Positions 24,127 to 38,118 of a DNA stretch of 64,000 bases are shown here, piece by piece. The DNA lies in NCBI GenBank assembly GCA_004022145.1, contig RCNU01000005.1; one strand, written 5' to 3'. Source of the stretch: Paecilomyces variotii (Eukaryota). Each line of letters opens with the position of its first letter. The stretch's first letter is position 1. A program made the translations under genes and the position numbers. The notes beneath the pieces were generated by a model. It was not told the origin of the DNA, searched no databases, and worked only from the letters and a program-made list of their open reading frames with translations.

Positions 24127-24789
24127 TAGGACTGGGAACAGATGTGTATTAGTGCGTTCAAGGGCCAAGAAGATAACCCTGCACCACGTCGCGGGCCTCG
24201 TTCATTATTTGCAATGCGCTCTGGCAGCTTAGTGGAGATAACCTCTAGAACAAAGTTGAGTGGGTGCTGAACCGGGTTGTCGCTGGGCAGCACGCAATGA
24301 TTTCACGAATACAGCCACACAAAAGCCCAATGTCCAACTTAAGACTGTTCGGAGACTGAAACCTATTGTTACACCCAGGTAGAACTCTACGACCAGTTAG
24401 CTATCTCGGCTCCATACGACACCTCGATGACTACAATCCACTAGAGGTTGACAACGAAAGGTTGACGGGGAAGGTCCGAATGCAATGACAAGAAGTACGG
24501 ATGCGAGGATCAACCCAGAGTTGGTAGGCATCTATATAATGGCGTGCTTCAGCCACCTAATAAGAAAAGGATGTACACTCTAAGAGATAATATCGTTCTG
24601 GAATGCATTATGTAGTATAACTATAGTGCCAAGCTGATTTCCCACTTCTTGCTACCTTTTCAATAGATGGCTCAGAGATTTGATGCTAAAGCATTGTCAG
24701 GGTAATCAAATATGTATTATGCACTTACTCGCGAAGGCAATTTTGCTAGAGACCAACACAAATACATATACCCTGTTTCCTCACGAACT

Positions 24790-26383
<1,594 letters not shown>

Positions 26384-27356
26384 AATGATTTTTGCTTTTG
26401 GGGTGACTATTGATGCGAGGTAGGTGATGAAACTTTGATTTGGATACAGATTTGACGGAGAGAGTAAACTTCCATTTGGGTTCGAAGTGATCGAACTTAT
26501 ATAGAATAGCTCCCTTGTGTCCGCTGTCATGATAAAGTGTTGTGACGACAGAAATGACGTCTACAATTGGAGAAGTGGAACATTGAACTGAGTCATCCAT
26601 GATAGATGGTTTAGAGGAGTTAGTTTTCGCGGAAGGAGGGGCCCGTGGGTCCTGTGGTCAATACCGACTCAGCTTTTCACCAAGACGAAACTTAGAGGTC
26701 AAGCCTAGAATCTATGCCTACTACATGACGATGTTGGTAAATCTATATTAGGTTCAGAATGGTGCTAGCTATTTTTGGCACTAGTATCGAGCCAATGATA
26801 TGCCCCCATCAGTGCACAAGCCATGTGTGTGCCAAGCAATTTACCATGTAACCTTATTTCATAAATGGTAACTTTCGTATCAACGAACAACTCCGTTATC
26901 AGAAGAGGAGAAAAAGAAAAAAAAGAAAAAAGCTCTAACTTAAAGCGGTCCCCGACTTTACTGGACCTGCTATGAGTAGGGAGGAGGATGGGGTAAACAA
27001 GCCCTACCCCGCTTATTATGCTTCTGTCGTGATGAAAGTGGAGATAAGAGGCTAACACAAATTTGTAAGCCAGATTACACTGTCCCTTCCCCCAAGCCAA
27101 CTCGAGAAAGAGCTTTAGACCAGTGGCAAGCTTGCTTGGCAAACTCAGTCAGATCAACACGTACTCTTCATATTTTCTCAACAATCACTGTAGACCGCTA
27201 GTTGGTAATGAGGAGTCGTGACGTCAGGAATGTTATTCATAAACCGGCAAGGTATTTGTAGTCCATGCCCGCCAGTAATTGAACTCTTTCGGGTGAGTGT
27301 AACTTCCATTTTGAAAGCTTTTCCTGCACGGCTCGTCAATATAAGGACCAAAAACG

Positions 27357-28610
27357 ATGTCAACTAAGGAAAAGGTCGTCATCATTGGCGGTGGGTGGGG
27401 TGGTTATCGACTGGGATATGGCATCGACCACAGAAAATACGATATTACCCTTATTGCGCCAGAGAACACGTCCGCGGTGACTCCCCTCCTCGCCAGCGCG
27501 GCTTGCGGATTGTTTGACCCCCGTCTAGCACATGAGCCCATCCGGCGGAAGGATTTTCATGCCCAATACATCAAGGCCTTCGTCGTCGACATTGACTTCA
27601 ACAGGCAGGCACTCATATGTCAGCCCGCGTTCGAAGAGCTGAAGGATGAGCGATTCGAAGTATCTTATGACCGAGTGATCCTCTCGCCTGGCTGTCGAAG
27701 CAATACCTTTGGCATCCCTGGGGTTGCGGAAAATGCCATTTTTGTCAAGAATGTGGCCAATGCAAACACTGTACGGAGTCGTCTGAATGAAGTCCTTGAG
27801 ATGGCTTCATTGCCGGGAACATCTGAAGCGCGCCAGAGGCAACTACTCCATATCGTTATTGTTGGGGGTGGCCCCACTGGGATCGAGGTGGCAGCGGAAT
27901 TGACAGACCTTTTTGAAGGAGATTTGGGCGTTTTATTCCCGCACCTGAGGGACATGACATCAGTTACGGTGATAGATGTCGCACCCCAGATTCTGGCACC
28001 ATTTGACCAGAAGTTATCAGAATATGCTTGCAGTGCACTGAAAACCAACAAGGTCAAGGTCAAGCTTAACTGCCACATTCTGAACGTTACAAAGGATACC
28101 ATAGAGACCAGGGAATCCGGGGTCACGGGCTACGGGATGCTCATCTGGGCCACCGGAAACAGATCAATACCCTTGGTCGACCAACTGCAGCTCAGGAAGA
28201 CTGAGAAAGGCCTTGTGCGGATCTTGACCGACGATCATCTCAATGTTTTCTCCCCAGATGGCAACGTGATACCTAACGTGTTTGCAATGGGCGATGCGGC
28301 CGACATTGAAGGCGGAACATTACCGACGACCGCCGAAGTTGCAATTCAAAAAGCTGATTATCTTATCAACCTTTTCAATTCTGGTGGAAAATATACTCGG
28401 CCATTTCAATATAAGCAGCGGTCGCTGGTAACATACACGGGTGCGTGGGACGGTGTGGTTCAAGGGAAGCGCGAGTACACGGGTTACGGTGCATGGCTGA
28501 GTTGGAGATCTGGCAACTTCTTCTGGACGCGGTCGTGGAGGAGAAGGATCCTGATGTGCTATGCGTGGTTTATGGACTGGTTGGATGGGAGAGAGATAAT
28601 TCGTAACTAG
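27357..28610 (+). CDS. Type II NADH dehydrogenase-like FAD oxidoreductase
   Basis: Intronless 417 aa; GGGWGG, TPLLAS, FGIPGV, GGGPTGIEVAAE, FAMGDAA and PTTAEVAIQKA motifs. Confidence 0.9.
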   Translation: MSTKEKVVIIGGGWGGYRLGYGIDHRKYDITLIAPENTSAVTPLLASAACGLFDPRLAHEPIRRKDFHAQYIKAFVVDIDFNRQALICQPAFEELKDERFEVSYDRVILSPGCRSNTFGIPGVAENAIFVKNVANANTVRSRLNEVLEMASLPGTSEARQRQLLHIVIVGGGPTGIEVAAELTDLFEGDLGVLFPHLRDMTSVTVIDVAPQILAPFDQKLSEYACSALKTNKVKVKLNCHILNVTKDTIETRESGVTGYGMLIWATGNRSIPLVDQLQLRKTEKGLVRILTDDHLNVFSPDGNVIPNVFAMGDAADIEGGTLPTTAEVAIQKADYLINLFNSGGKYTRPFQYKQRSLVTYTGAWDGVVQGKREYTGYGAWLSWRSGNFFWTRSWRRRILMCYAWFMDWLDGREIIRN

Positions 28611-29283
28611 CTTTCATGGTCAAAAATCGGAGAGTTATAATGCCTAATTTGTATATCTATCACTGGTGTTTCTGGCTGTTATTTCCATTTATGGTGATTC
28701 GCTGAACCTTTCATGCATATTTCGGACCGCAATAAAATTATCTCTTTGATTTTCATGATAGAATATCAAAAACGTTCCGATGGAGCCGTCACAGAACCAA
28801 GTATCATGTACCTGACGCCTCGTGTACAGTTTTGTCATAATAGCTGTCACCATTCTGTTCTATTTGTGGCCCGTTAGATCAAGATTAATAAACACATGGC
28901 CTGGTTGAATCAAGCAACGTTGTCGAAAACAGGAGCTGAAGTAGTCTAAAGGCAAGGAACATAGCATAAAACAACAATATCCCATTAGCTCGACCTTAAG
29001 AAAATGTATATTACTTCCTAGTGGCATTGGAAGCCCATGATATTAAGCTTGCAGGAGGGTCTGTGCTGTTTTAGTATCTGTGATGGTATAACTCGATATA
29101 CATTCCTGCTTAGTAGCACAAAAATATTTATCTCAAGATACAGAAGTAGACGGCATTAAACATCATTTTATTTCGTAGGTGTCCTCTTCCCTTTATTGAT
29201 GAACACCGTCACCATTAAATGTCTCAAAACGTAGAGCCTTGCCCTCTAAAGGTTGTATAGCTTTTAGAGGGGTTGGGGGCCAC

Positions 29284-30813
29284 TCAAAACACCGTCAAAG
29301 CGGGTGAAGCCGGATCTCTGGGGGCTGAAAACCTCGTCTGGATGAAAACCTTCTGCATACCGTCTGCACGACGGTTGAATAAGTCATAGACCTTCTCCAT
29401 ATCGCTGAGATCAAAGCGATGAGTGACCATATCCAATGGACAGATTTTCCCTTGTTGTATTAAGACAAGTAGTTCATTCCAGTACTTTTGCACGGGCGCT
29501 TGGCCATTTCCGTTCAGGTGAATCCCTGTCTCCATCAAGGAACCAATATTGAAGTGATTGCACTGGGCCAAGTGTTAGTGATTGACAATGTCAGAGGTTG
29601 ATCACATACATAGCCAGTATATATGCCAGTGACCCCACAACACCCGAAGCCTCTAACTGATTCAATCATCTCGTTCAAGAGTTCCGACGTGTCGTTCTCC
29701 ATGCCTAATGTCCTCTGGATGGCGTGGCCTAACCCTTTTGCATACTCGCCAGCGGCACACTCAATTGCAATGTCCGGGCCGCGCCCGTCACACATTTTTT
29801 TCAGCAAGGATACAACTGTTTCTCCGCGCGGAAGTCTGGTGAAGTCAATAGTCTCCAAATGCGGAACCTTCGTCTTCATAAAATCCAGCCGCCATCTTCC
29901 CTCTCCACCGTCAATCATGATGATTCGGCTCGCCCCGTTCACAACCGCAAACTCAGCCGCCATCTGCCCAATAGGGCCTGCCCCCCAAATGGCAACCGTG
30001 TCTCCTTCTTTAACACCTGTATCAACCACAGCATTCCACGACGTGGCCAAGACGTCGGATAGATAGAGCCCTTGTTCATCAGGGACATCATCCGGTAACG
30101 GTAGCAAATTCACGTCCCCAAAGGGAACCCGCACAAACTCAGCCTGTCCTCCTGCAAAGCCTCCAGTGAAGTGTGAATATCCAAACATGCCTAATTTAAT
30201 GGTTAGCGGTAGGCCGACAGTTTAGTAATTCCTCCGGGTGACGTGCCTGCAGTTCGGCGTCCATAAAGTGAATTTTCACTATCACTGCCGTTGGTTCTTT
30301 CACACAACGAGGACAGTTTCTTTTCGCAGTAGTAGCACGTTCCACAAGCAATCTGGAAGGAAGCTACAGCTCGCTCGCCAATTTTGCGCTTCTTGACTTT
30401 GGGACCGATTTTCTCCACAATCCCGCAAAACTCATGCCCCAGAATGTCTCCTTTGTGCATTTCAGGTATGGCCGCTGTGGAAGAGGTCAGCACTACAACT
30501 AAATTGAGTAGCAGATCACGTACAATGAAGGAGATGAAGGTCGCTTCCACAGATGGTACTTCCTGTTACCCTCAGAATAACATCTTCATCATCAACGATG
30601 GTTGGCCTAGCCGTTTCCACTTTAATCAGATGAGAATTGTCAGTCTACTTTCAAGTACAGACTATACATGAGTTGTTCAATAATACACCTACCGAGCTTC
30701 ACTTGATTCTTCCCTTGCCAAGTCAAGGCTTTCATTGTCTGACTGAGGTCTCCGTAGCCAGTATCACCATAGTTGCTGATGTCCGTCGTGAGAGCGGGCT
30801 TTGCGCTAGACAT
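29284..30813 (-). CDS. Zn-dependent MDR dehydrogenase, glutathione-independent formaldehyde dehydrogenase-like, multi-exon
   Basis: MKALTWQGK, TGSTICGSDLHL, GHEF, CGTCYYC..LC, FGYSHFTGGFAGGQAEFVRVP, LSDVLATSW and WGAGPIG motifs. Confidence 0.88.
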
Positions 30814-31382
30814 TTTTGCGGTGAATTTAGTTACCAAATGTGAAAGTAATGACAATATTATTGGTTTAAGTATCATTCCATCATAACTGACAGATGGTAG
30901 ATTATATAGATAAGTGCCACTCACATGGAGCTAGTACTATGTAGCGGCATAAGACGTCACTGTGATGATTTGATCTTCGAAGATTTTCTTGTTATGCGCT
31001 ATTTTACTTTGCTGTCCGATGTAGCTCGATATGACAGAATATCTACATCATGATTGCCAGACAAAGTATCAGACTTGCTTTTTTCTTCTTTTGGTAAGAC
31101 TGTATCAGCCAATTGGAAACTATTTATACATGTTTGTCCATGATAGTACTTCAACCTATTTGGGTACTGTATGATTCATCACTTTCTCTGTGTATTACTT
31201 TAAAGAAAAGCTATATAATCAATAATTATATCTCTGTCGTAATTGTCTGCTATTTTATGATGCCCCAGTATCCAAGCCTGAGTTCAGAGCTTGTGAAGTT
31301 ATACTTATAAGAAAAGCCACAACTCTCTAATATATGAACCCCTTATATCCTATCCACTTGGTCTGATGACTAGAATATCAAT

Positions 31383-31985
31383 ATGGCACACCGGCCTGTT
31401 GCCTTCAATCGCATAATCACTACCCACGATCACCGAACCGGAAAGGCTGTCTTTCAGAAGGGTATCGATGAGAGTGTTCCTTTTGCAGGGTTTCCGGTTC
31501 CACCGGGAAGGCCGACTACATCTGACTATGCACTTGCCTATGCAACCACAAGATTTCCAGTGAAGGGGCTTTCCCCACCCGCGCTAGTCACACCTGAGGC
31601 AGATGCAAACCTGGACATCAAACAATATATGTCTAAACTCCGCGATCCCTCCCCTTTAAACCCAGATAAGGGAACGGCCTGCACAGTAATTGAGGTGCCG
31701 CCTAAAGTTGACATCCCGATGCACCGGACTGAGAGTCTTGATTACGGTGTTGTCATTGATGGAACTACGGAACTAGTCCTTGACTCGGGTGAGACGAGAG
31801 TTTTAAGAAAAGGCGATGTTTTCATCCAGCGAGGCACTGCGCATTCATGGCGGAATATTACTCACTCAGAGGACAACAACGGTGTTCTCCGTGTGTTCTT
31901 TGTTTTTCAACCAATTGAGCCTGTGCGGATCGGGGAGGAAGAGTTGCACCAAGATTTGGAGCTATCCTTGAAACCCAAGCATTAG
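31383..31985 (+). CDS. Cupin-2 domain protein
   Basis: RIITTHD N-terminus; PMHRTESLDYGVV and GDVFIQRGTAHSWRN cupin motifs. Confidence 0.88.
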   Translation: MAHRPVAFNRIITTHDHRTGKAVFQKGIDESVPFAGFPVPPGRPTTSDYALAYATTRFPVKGLSPPALVTPEADANLDIKQYMSKLRDPSPLNPDKGTACTVIEVPPKVDIPMHRTESLDYGVVIDGTTELVLDSGETRVLRKGDVFIQRGTAHSWRNITHSEDNNGVLRVFFVFQPIEPVRIGEEELHQDLELSLKPKH

Positions 31986-33389
31986 TCAGCTAGAATAGCA
32001 TTTTGACCAGCCAGCTTCGGCCGGAAATATGAATTTTTAACAAGTGAGTGATGGCATGAGAAACAATACCTATTGCCCGGCGGAAGAAAACTACAGACTA
32101 TGGTACAGTCGTAAAAGCTAGCTGTTGTGGAGCTAGCTGGAAGAGGCAACGTTACATGTCCAATCACAGTTTTATTACAGTGTTGGACCGTGAGGTCTCA
32201 TTTAAGTTCTAGGTTTGACTTACCATAACCCAGGCTGGGCTGAGTAGAGCAATTATTTTCTATTTAGTAGGGGCAAATGATGTTTCCCCGCAGCGGTTCT
32301 GCTAAAGATCTATTGGTTGATCATAACTATCGAAAACGCCACTTCAGCAGAAAGAATCAGACTCATCCTTACTTATACCGCCTTAACAAGAAACTTCCGC
32401 CCCCCATTGGGACCAACCAAGGAGTGTCGCAGCCCACAAAATAGAATGTCATGATGTGTATATCGTAAAGAAACCGCTGGCAGAACTAATGTGACGTTTA
32501 TAGTTATTGTTGGGTGCTTAGATAATCCAAGGCATGATCTTGAGTTGGTAAAGGTAGGCGATGTCCGAAAATAATTCATTGGTCGAGCATATGATAGATA
32601 CTACACTTGTGGTTGAAGAAGGTGGATAAGGGAATGTGGGAGTGCCAAGTTGTTGAGGGGAGGTATTTTTGCACATTGACGTACCGTTTTAAGACAGCCA
32701 TCCCTCGGTGGAGATAGACCAGAGATCCACATTGATGCCTTGGTTCAAATCCCGGTAATGTAAAGCTCGCTCGGATCTTGATCTAAATGGAGCCCTGCGG
32801 CTATCACATCATACGCTTTTGCCAGTCCAGCTAAAGACTATCCAATAACAGAATATGGATCATTGACGATCAGGCCGCTAATCAATCGTCTCTGACGTGG
32901 ATCAAGGGTCTCGACTGTGTTGGAAATATCTCGCGCTGATTTAGGAAAGAGTAATTCGCCAATGGCCGCTTACAATGACTGTTGATGAATGATGAAACCA
33001 CAAAAGTATACTAAATGATAGCCAAGCGGTCGGCTTCCTTGATGGAGCAACTTTCTGAGATATCTCTATCTTTCAGAAAAGAACGTTAGTTTGTCTATAG
33101 GACCATGTTAGATATGTATCGACCCAGAGTCAGAGGCAACCATAGGTAATGTTAGCATGGCAGCTTCATTCATATCGTTGGGGGATTGTGGGTCACATTT
33201 TGACCGTAGTAGTGGGACAGTCATACCCGGCAGATAGCGTAGATCCCGTTTCCCAGCGCAATTAATTTATCTGGTCTTAAAAGTATACACCCTCCCCCTT
33301 CCCCAGCCAAACAATTACTTCGTTCAACACACTGATACGCACTCTTATGTCCCTACACTGCAAGGTATTAGGAATACGCGCAGTAGAAA

Positions 33390-34529
33390 ATGGTCGTTAC
33401 TACAAAGGCAGTAATCGCATCCTTTGGCGGCAAGCTTCTGAAGCTAAGTCACTTGTCCACTTCAACCAGATGTGAGATGGCTTTCAACCTCTATCTTCCA
33501 CCTCAGGCTTTCGAGGATTCGCACAGGAGAATACCCCTCCTGATCTATCTATCTGGCCTGACGTGTACCGCCGATAACTGCTCTGAGAAAGGGTTTTTCC
33601 AGCACGGGGCCAGCAAGAATGGAATAGCTGTACTATATCCCGATACCAGTCCGCGTACGATTCCTCTATCCTTCAAGCGCTCCCATCTTTCGACGCACTT
33701 CTTAATACTCGAGCCGTCATTTGAAATTGAACCTCATGTTTATAGTAATCAAACAACTGACACTTTATAGGGGGTCTCAACATTCCAGGAGAGAATGATA
33801 GCTGGGACTTCGGGACAGGTGCAGGGTTCTATGTAGACGCTACCCAAAAGCCTTACAATAAAGCGTACAATATGTACACTTACGTGAAAGAGGAGCTACC
33901 TAATGTAGTTTTCCAACAATTTCCCCAGCTTGATCCCGAGAGGGTCAGCATTACGGGTCACAGTATGGGCGGCCACGGAGCCTTAGTGTTGGTATGTCTC
34001 GAATTTGTTTACTTCAAGATATTGATATAGCAGGCGCACTTCTTCATTCCTTGTCATATATGATTCTGGGAAATTTGCTCTAATAGTAGAAAGTTCCTTC
34101 GCAATCCCGGAAAATACCGATCAGTTTCCGCCTTCGCGCCGATTTGTAACCCAATCAACTGCCCTTGGGGTCAAAAGGCATTTTCAGGTTATCTCGGAGA
34201 GAATTACCAGGACTCATGGAAAGAATATGATTCTACTGAATTGGTGAAAGGATGGAAAGGTCCCTTGAACATGCTTATCGACGTGGTTGGTTTCCCTCTC
34301 TTCCTTATCTCTTGTGTTCTTCATGCATAGGCTTATGTCTGTTAAGGGTACTGGAGACAATTTCTACAAGCAAGGCCAACTTCTTCCTGAAAACTTCGAG
34401 CAAGCAGTCCTTGAAGCAGGAGCTAAGGGTCTACGTATACGCTATCAACCAGACTACGACCATAGCTACTACACAATGGCGTCATTCTCGGATGACCATA
34501 TTGCGCATGCGGCGCAATATCTTTTCTAG
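33390..34529 (+). CDS. S-formylglutathione hydrolase (esterase D / FrmB-like), 4 exons
   Basis: [32 protein letters not shown] nucleophile motif, SAFAPICNP and YDHSYY; GT-AG introns. Confidence 0.95.
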
Positions 34530-35606
34530 TATGCAACCGAGTGTGATCCTTGGTTTTAATCTGCTTTACCTAGTGACCTCCCTTGTCCTGTCATCTATTT
34601 TCTTGCTTTCTCTTGTTTCATTTTCTCTAAATTTACATTGGACGTTAAGCCATTTGGCTTTTCAACAATGGTTGTATTCTTTAACTAACAGTAAGTCCGT
34701 CCTAGTACATTTCCAACCTTAGAAATATTCAAGTGAATTATTTCCTAAAATACTCAGTTGACCGACTAAGTGACTCATCGAGATAAGTGATGAAAGGCTA
34801 CGTAGCATACACTAAATGATTTTTGTACTACCTCCAAGACGTACATCTCAATGCCAAGACGCCTAAATACTGGTTAGTAGTCCTATCTAAACAAAATACA
34901 AAGTGTGTACTTCGAGTGCTATACAAAACAGATCAGAGAATCATTATTAGCGTGGAGGTAATATACGCAGCATCCTAGTAGCCAAGGCCAGGGATAAAGC
35001 GAATATATATCCAACTACGGTTCTAAAGATCAATCAACAGCAGAACATGGTTTAAAAGTAAGCAAAATGGCGATTAGTTTACAGATACAACAATTCTCAT
35101 GCTACAATTCGTTGACTCTCATACTAAATTGGGCAATATATGATTTTATCATTTAGCATATATAAGTTTTCTAATGTAGGTTTATTCAAAGGCACAACAC
35201 TATGCTATATGCCTACGATATGCTAAGATTGAGAGATATTAATTCTTAGGCACATCTGCCGGGATATACTTATAACAGGCCCAACATTCAGGGCAGGGGG
35301 AGATCCCCGCATGGATACCGAGCACACTTTAGCCACCCATAAATACGGAAACAATATTGTTTACGGGATAACTACGTTGATAGCTTGGGGAGTCTTTCTG
35401 AAATTCCATTTGAGTGTTAAATTGGAGACTAGGAACCATACAAACAAACCTCGTGTTGAAGGTGATACAGGTTACAGCAGTCACGTCAAGGCAAAAACTG
35501 AAGGTTCTGTATTCTGGCTCTGCATCCGAATAAACACGGCACAGGGTTAGAACATGAATTTGTGTGTATTCCCACGTTTTCAGTTATGTGAGCACCCTAG
35601 CTGGCT

Positions 35607-36852
35607 CTACTGAGGCACATCCAACACATAGCGACCAGCGATTTTGCCTTGTTCTACTATGTGTTAGCACAATCAACTTTCCATTTTTCCCCGAAGCCGA
35701 ACCCATAACAAAAAGTAATATGACGCATAAGAAGAGAAAGAAGATGGAGGGGCAGAGAAACATACCCATCAATTCAAAGATCTTCGGCAAATCTTTCAGC
35801 GAAGCTGTCTTGAATGGAGCATGGATCAGACCGCGGGCGAAGAAATCAATTGCCTCGACCCCATCCTGACGATTTCCAACATAGCTGCCACGAATATTGA
35901 CCATGCGAACAACTGTGTCGAAGACGGGCGCCTTGAGAAACGCTCCGGCGGGCAGTCCTATAGCCACGATGGTGCCATACGAGCGCACATATCCCACCGC
36001 TTGCTGGAAGGGACCTTCAGCAACGGCGAGCAGGATGACAGCATGGGCGCCGAGGCCTTCTGGAGAGGCAGCCTTGACATCAGCGACCACGTCGCTGGAT
36101 TTGATGAAATCAACGTAGGCCTGTGATTGTTTTGATCATTTCATTAGCCTTTTTGACCTCGTTTGTAAACCACAGTAAAAAGCAAGACCAAATACCTCCG
36201 ACCCTAACTTCTCACACATCGCCTTCTTCTCATCCCCACCGTCGATCGCAATTACCCGAATTCCCATAGCCTTCGCATATTGCTGAGCCAATGACCCCAA
36301 CCCACCGCCGGCACCGACAATAGCGACTGTTTGTCCTGGCCTAGCACCGGACTCCTTCAACCCCTTATACACCGTCAAGCCAGCACACAGAATGGGAGCC
36401 ACAGCATCCAAGGCAACATTTGGAGGGATTTTGGACGCCAAAGCCGCCTTCCCAATTGCATACTGTTGAAACGTGCCGTCAACCGTGTATCCACTCAGCT
36501 GAGCATTCGGACACAACGGAAACTCTGCCTGCCGACAGAATTCGCACGTCATACACGAGCCGTTCAACCATTTGATGCCGGCGTGGTCACCAATCGCGAA
36601 CTCCTCATCTGTCACCAAATTACCCTTCGCCACCACCGTCCCCGCCCCCTCGTGTCCGCCTACCAACGGCAACTTCAGTGGTAGTGGCCAGTCACCCTTC
36701 ATCGCATGCAGATCCGTATGACATACACCTGTGTACCGGATCTTGACAAGGATCTCATCTGGTCCTGGCGTGGGGACAGGAATTTCTTTATAAATGGGGG
36801 TTCCGCCTTTCTTTTCGACTACTTGGGCCCATTGCTTGGTTGGGAGTGTCAT
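35607..36852 (-). CDS. Zn-dependent alcohol dehydrogenase (fungal ADH1/AlcB type), 3 exons
   Basis: [28 protein letters not shown] and GSYVGNR motifs; last exon [15 protein letters not shown] ends at 35607. Confidence 0.93.
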
Positions 36853-37548
36853 TTTTGAGGGTGGTATGGAGACGATAGGTCAAAAAAGGGGGTGAACAGG
36901 AGTTTAACGTGCAAATATTGGACGTAGACAATTAAGGGACTGGAGATGACAAAGGCTCAATCGGTAGGTAGTGTAAATTATGTAGGTCAGAAGTAAAGAT
37001 CCTGTAGATCCTTATAAGGCTCATTCATACACCGGTTGCCAGGGTTTTCGGATGTTGTCGGATCATATCAGTTTATCTGAGGGAATGTGAGAACGGTTTG
37101 AGTGTGTAACGTCATCTGGCTGAAAAGGATTCATCATGACGCTGACTAGGCTAGTATGATGCGTACACTTGATTAGTACTCTATGACGCCGACTGGATAC
37201 ACTCCCTTGGCATGCTTCGTGGATCTTCGTGGACTGTGGATGATCAGAAGCATGATTTGAGCAACCAGCACGCAGGACAGTTACTTACTGCTGCTCTATC
37301 AGTAAGGTATTAGGTGACAAAACCAACGTAGCCTTAGTACTATAACTATAAGTGATACCGTTGTGCATTCATGGTGTTACTCTACGGTGAGTTCTACTCT
37401 AGTCATATGTAGCTTAATTCAGACGTTGAAAGAGCCAATAGCGCAGTGAGGTCGTTCCAGTCCAACCTGCACAGCCTAAACCCCATTACATTCATGGAAA
37501 AAGTGTAACTTTTTTGTCTCATTATCTATGGACTGCTAGATACATTTT

Positions 37549-38118
37549 TCAAGATGCCGCAAAACTGAAGCCTGCCTTCTGTGCGTTAAAGGTTGCGATA
37601 AGGTCCATAAGCGGCGGTGACAAAACATCGTACGTATCCAAACCAACTGCTTTGAACCTTGCCCGTACATCATCCATACCCTTGGGGTTGAACCCCTGCT
37701 CAATAATAGATGACACAAAGCCGGCAAACTGCGGCTCTTGCCATCCTTCCTCGTTTGAGAGCTCAACATGCACAAAATCCAGCCCCTTGAACGGATGCTC
37801 CTTTTCAATCCGGCCGTAAAGGTGCACACCACAATCCTTACAGGCATGGCGTTGTATCGCAGCTGATTCGTCGACGATAATGAGCTTGGATTCGTTGGAG
37901 GTGACCGAGAGATTTTCGCGTGGCACAACGCCAACGATGGAGAAGAGTGCACCGGATGGTTTCCAGCACTTGGAGCAGCCGCAGGCGTGGTTGTGGGCGA
38001 CATTGCTCTTCAGGGAGATTTCCACTTTGTTCGAAGAGCAGCGACAGTAAAGCTTTCCGCCGCTAAAGTTCGGACGTCCTTTGATGATTCCATTGTCAAT
38101 GAGTGGATGGAGCGACAT
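37549..38118 (-). CDS. gfa: Glutathione-dependent formaldehyde-activating enzyme (S-(hydroxymethyl)glutathione synthase, Gfa)
   Basis: [37 protein letters not shown] and [14 protein letters not shown]; intronless. Confidence 0.95.
   Translation of the reverse strand: MSLHPLIDNGIIKGRPNFSGGKLYCRCSSNKVEISLKSNVAHNHACGCSKCWKPSGALFSIVGVVPRENLSVTSNESKLIIVDESAAIQRHACKDCGVHLYGRIEKEHPFKGLDFVHVELSNEEGWQEPQFAGFVSSIIEQGFNPKGMDDVRARFKAVGLDTYDVLSPPLMDLIATFNAQKAGFSFAAS

Noticed and set aside
29242-29271. Hairpin ccctctaaa...tttagaggg after the FDH-like stop
   Set aside because: Short; bacterial-type terminators do not apply to fungal Pol II genes, and it may be chance.
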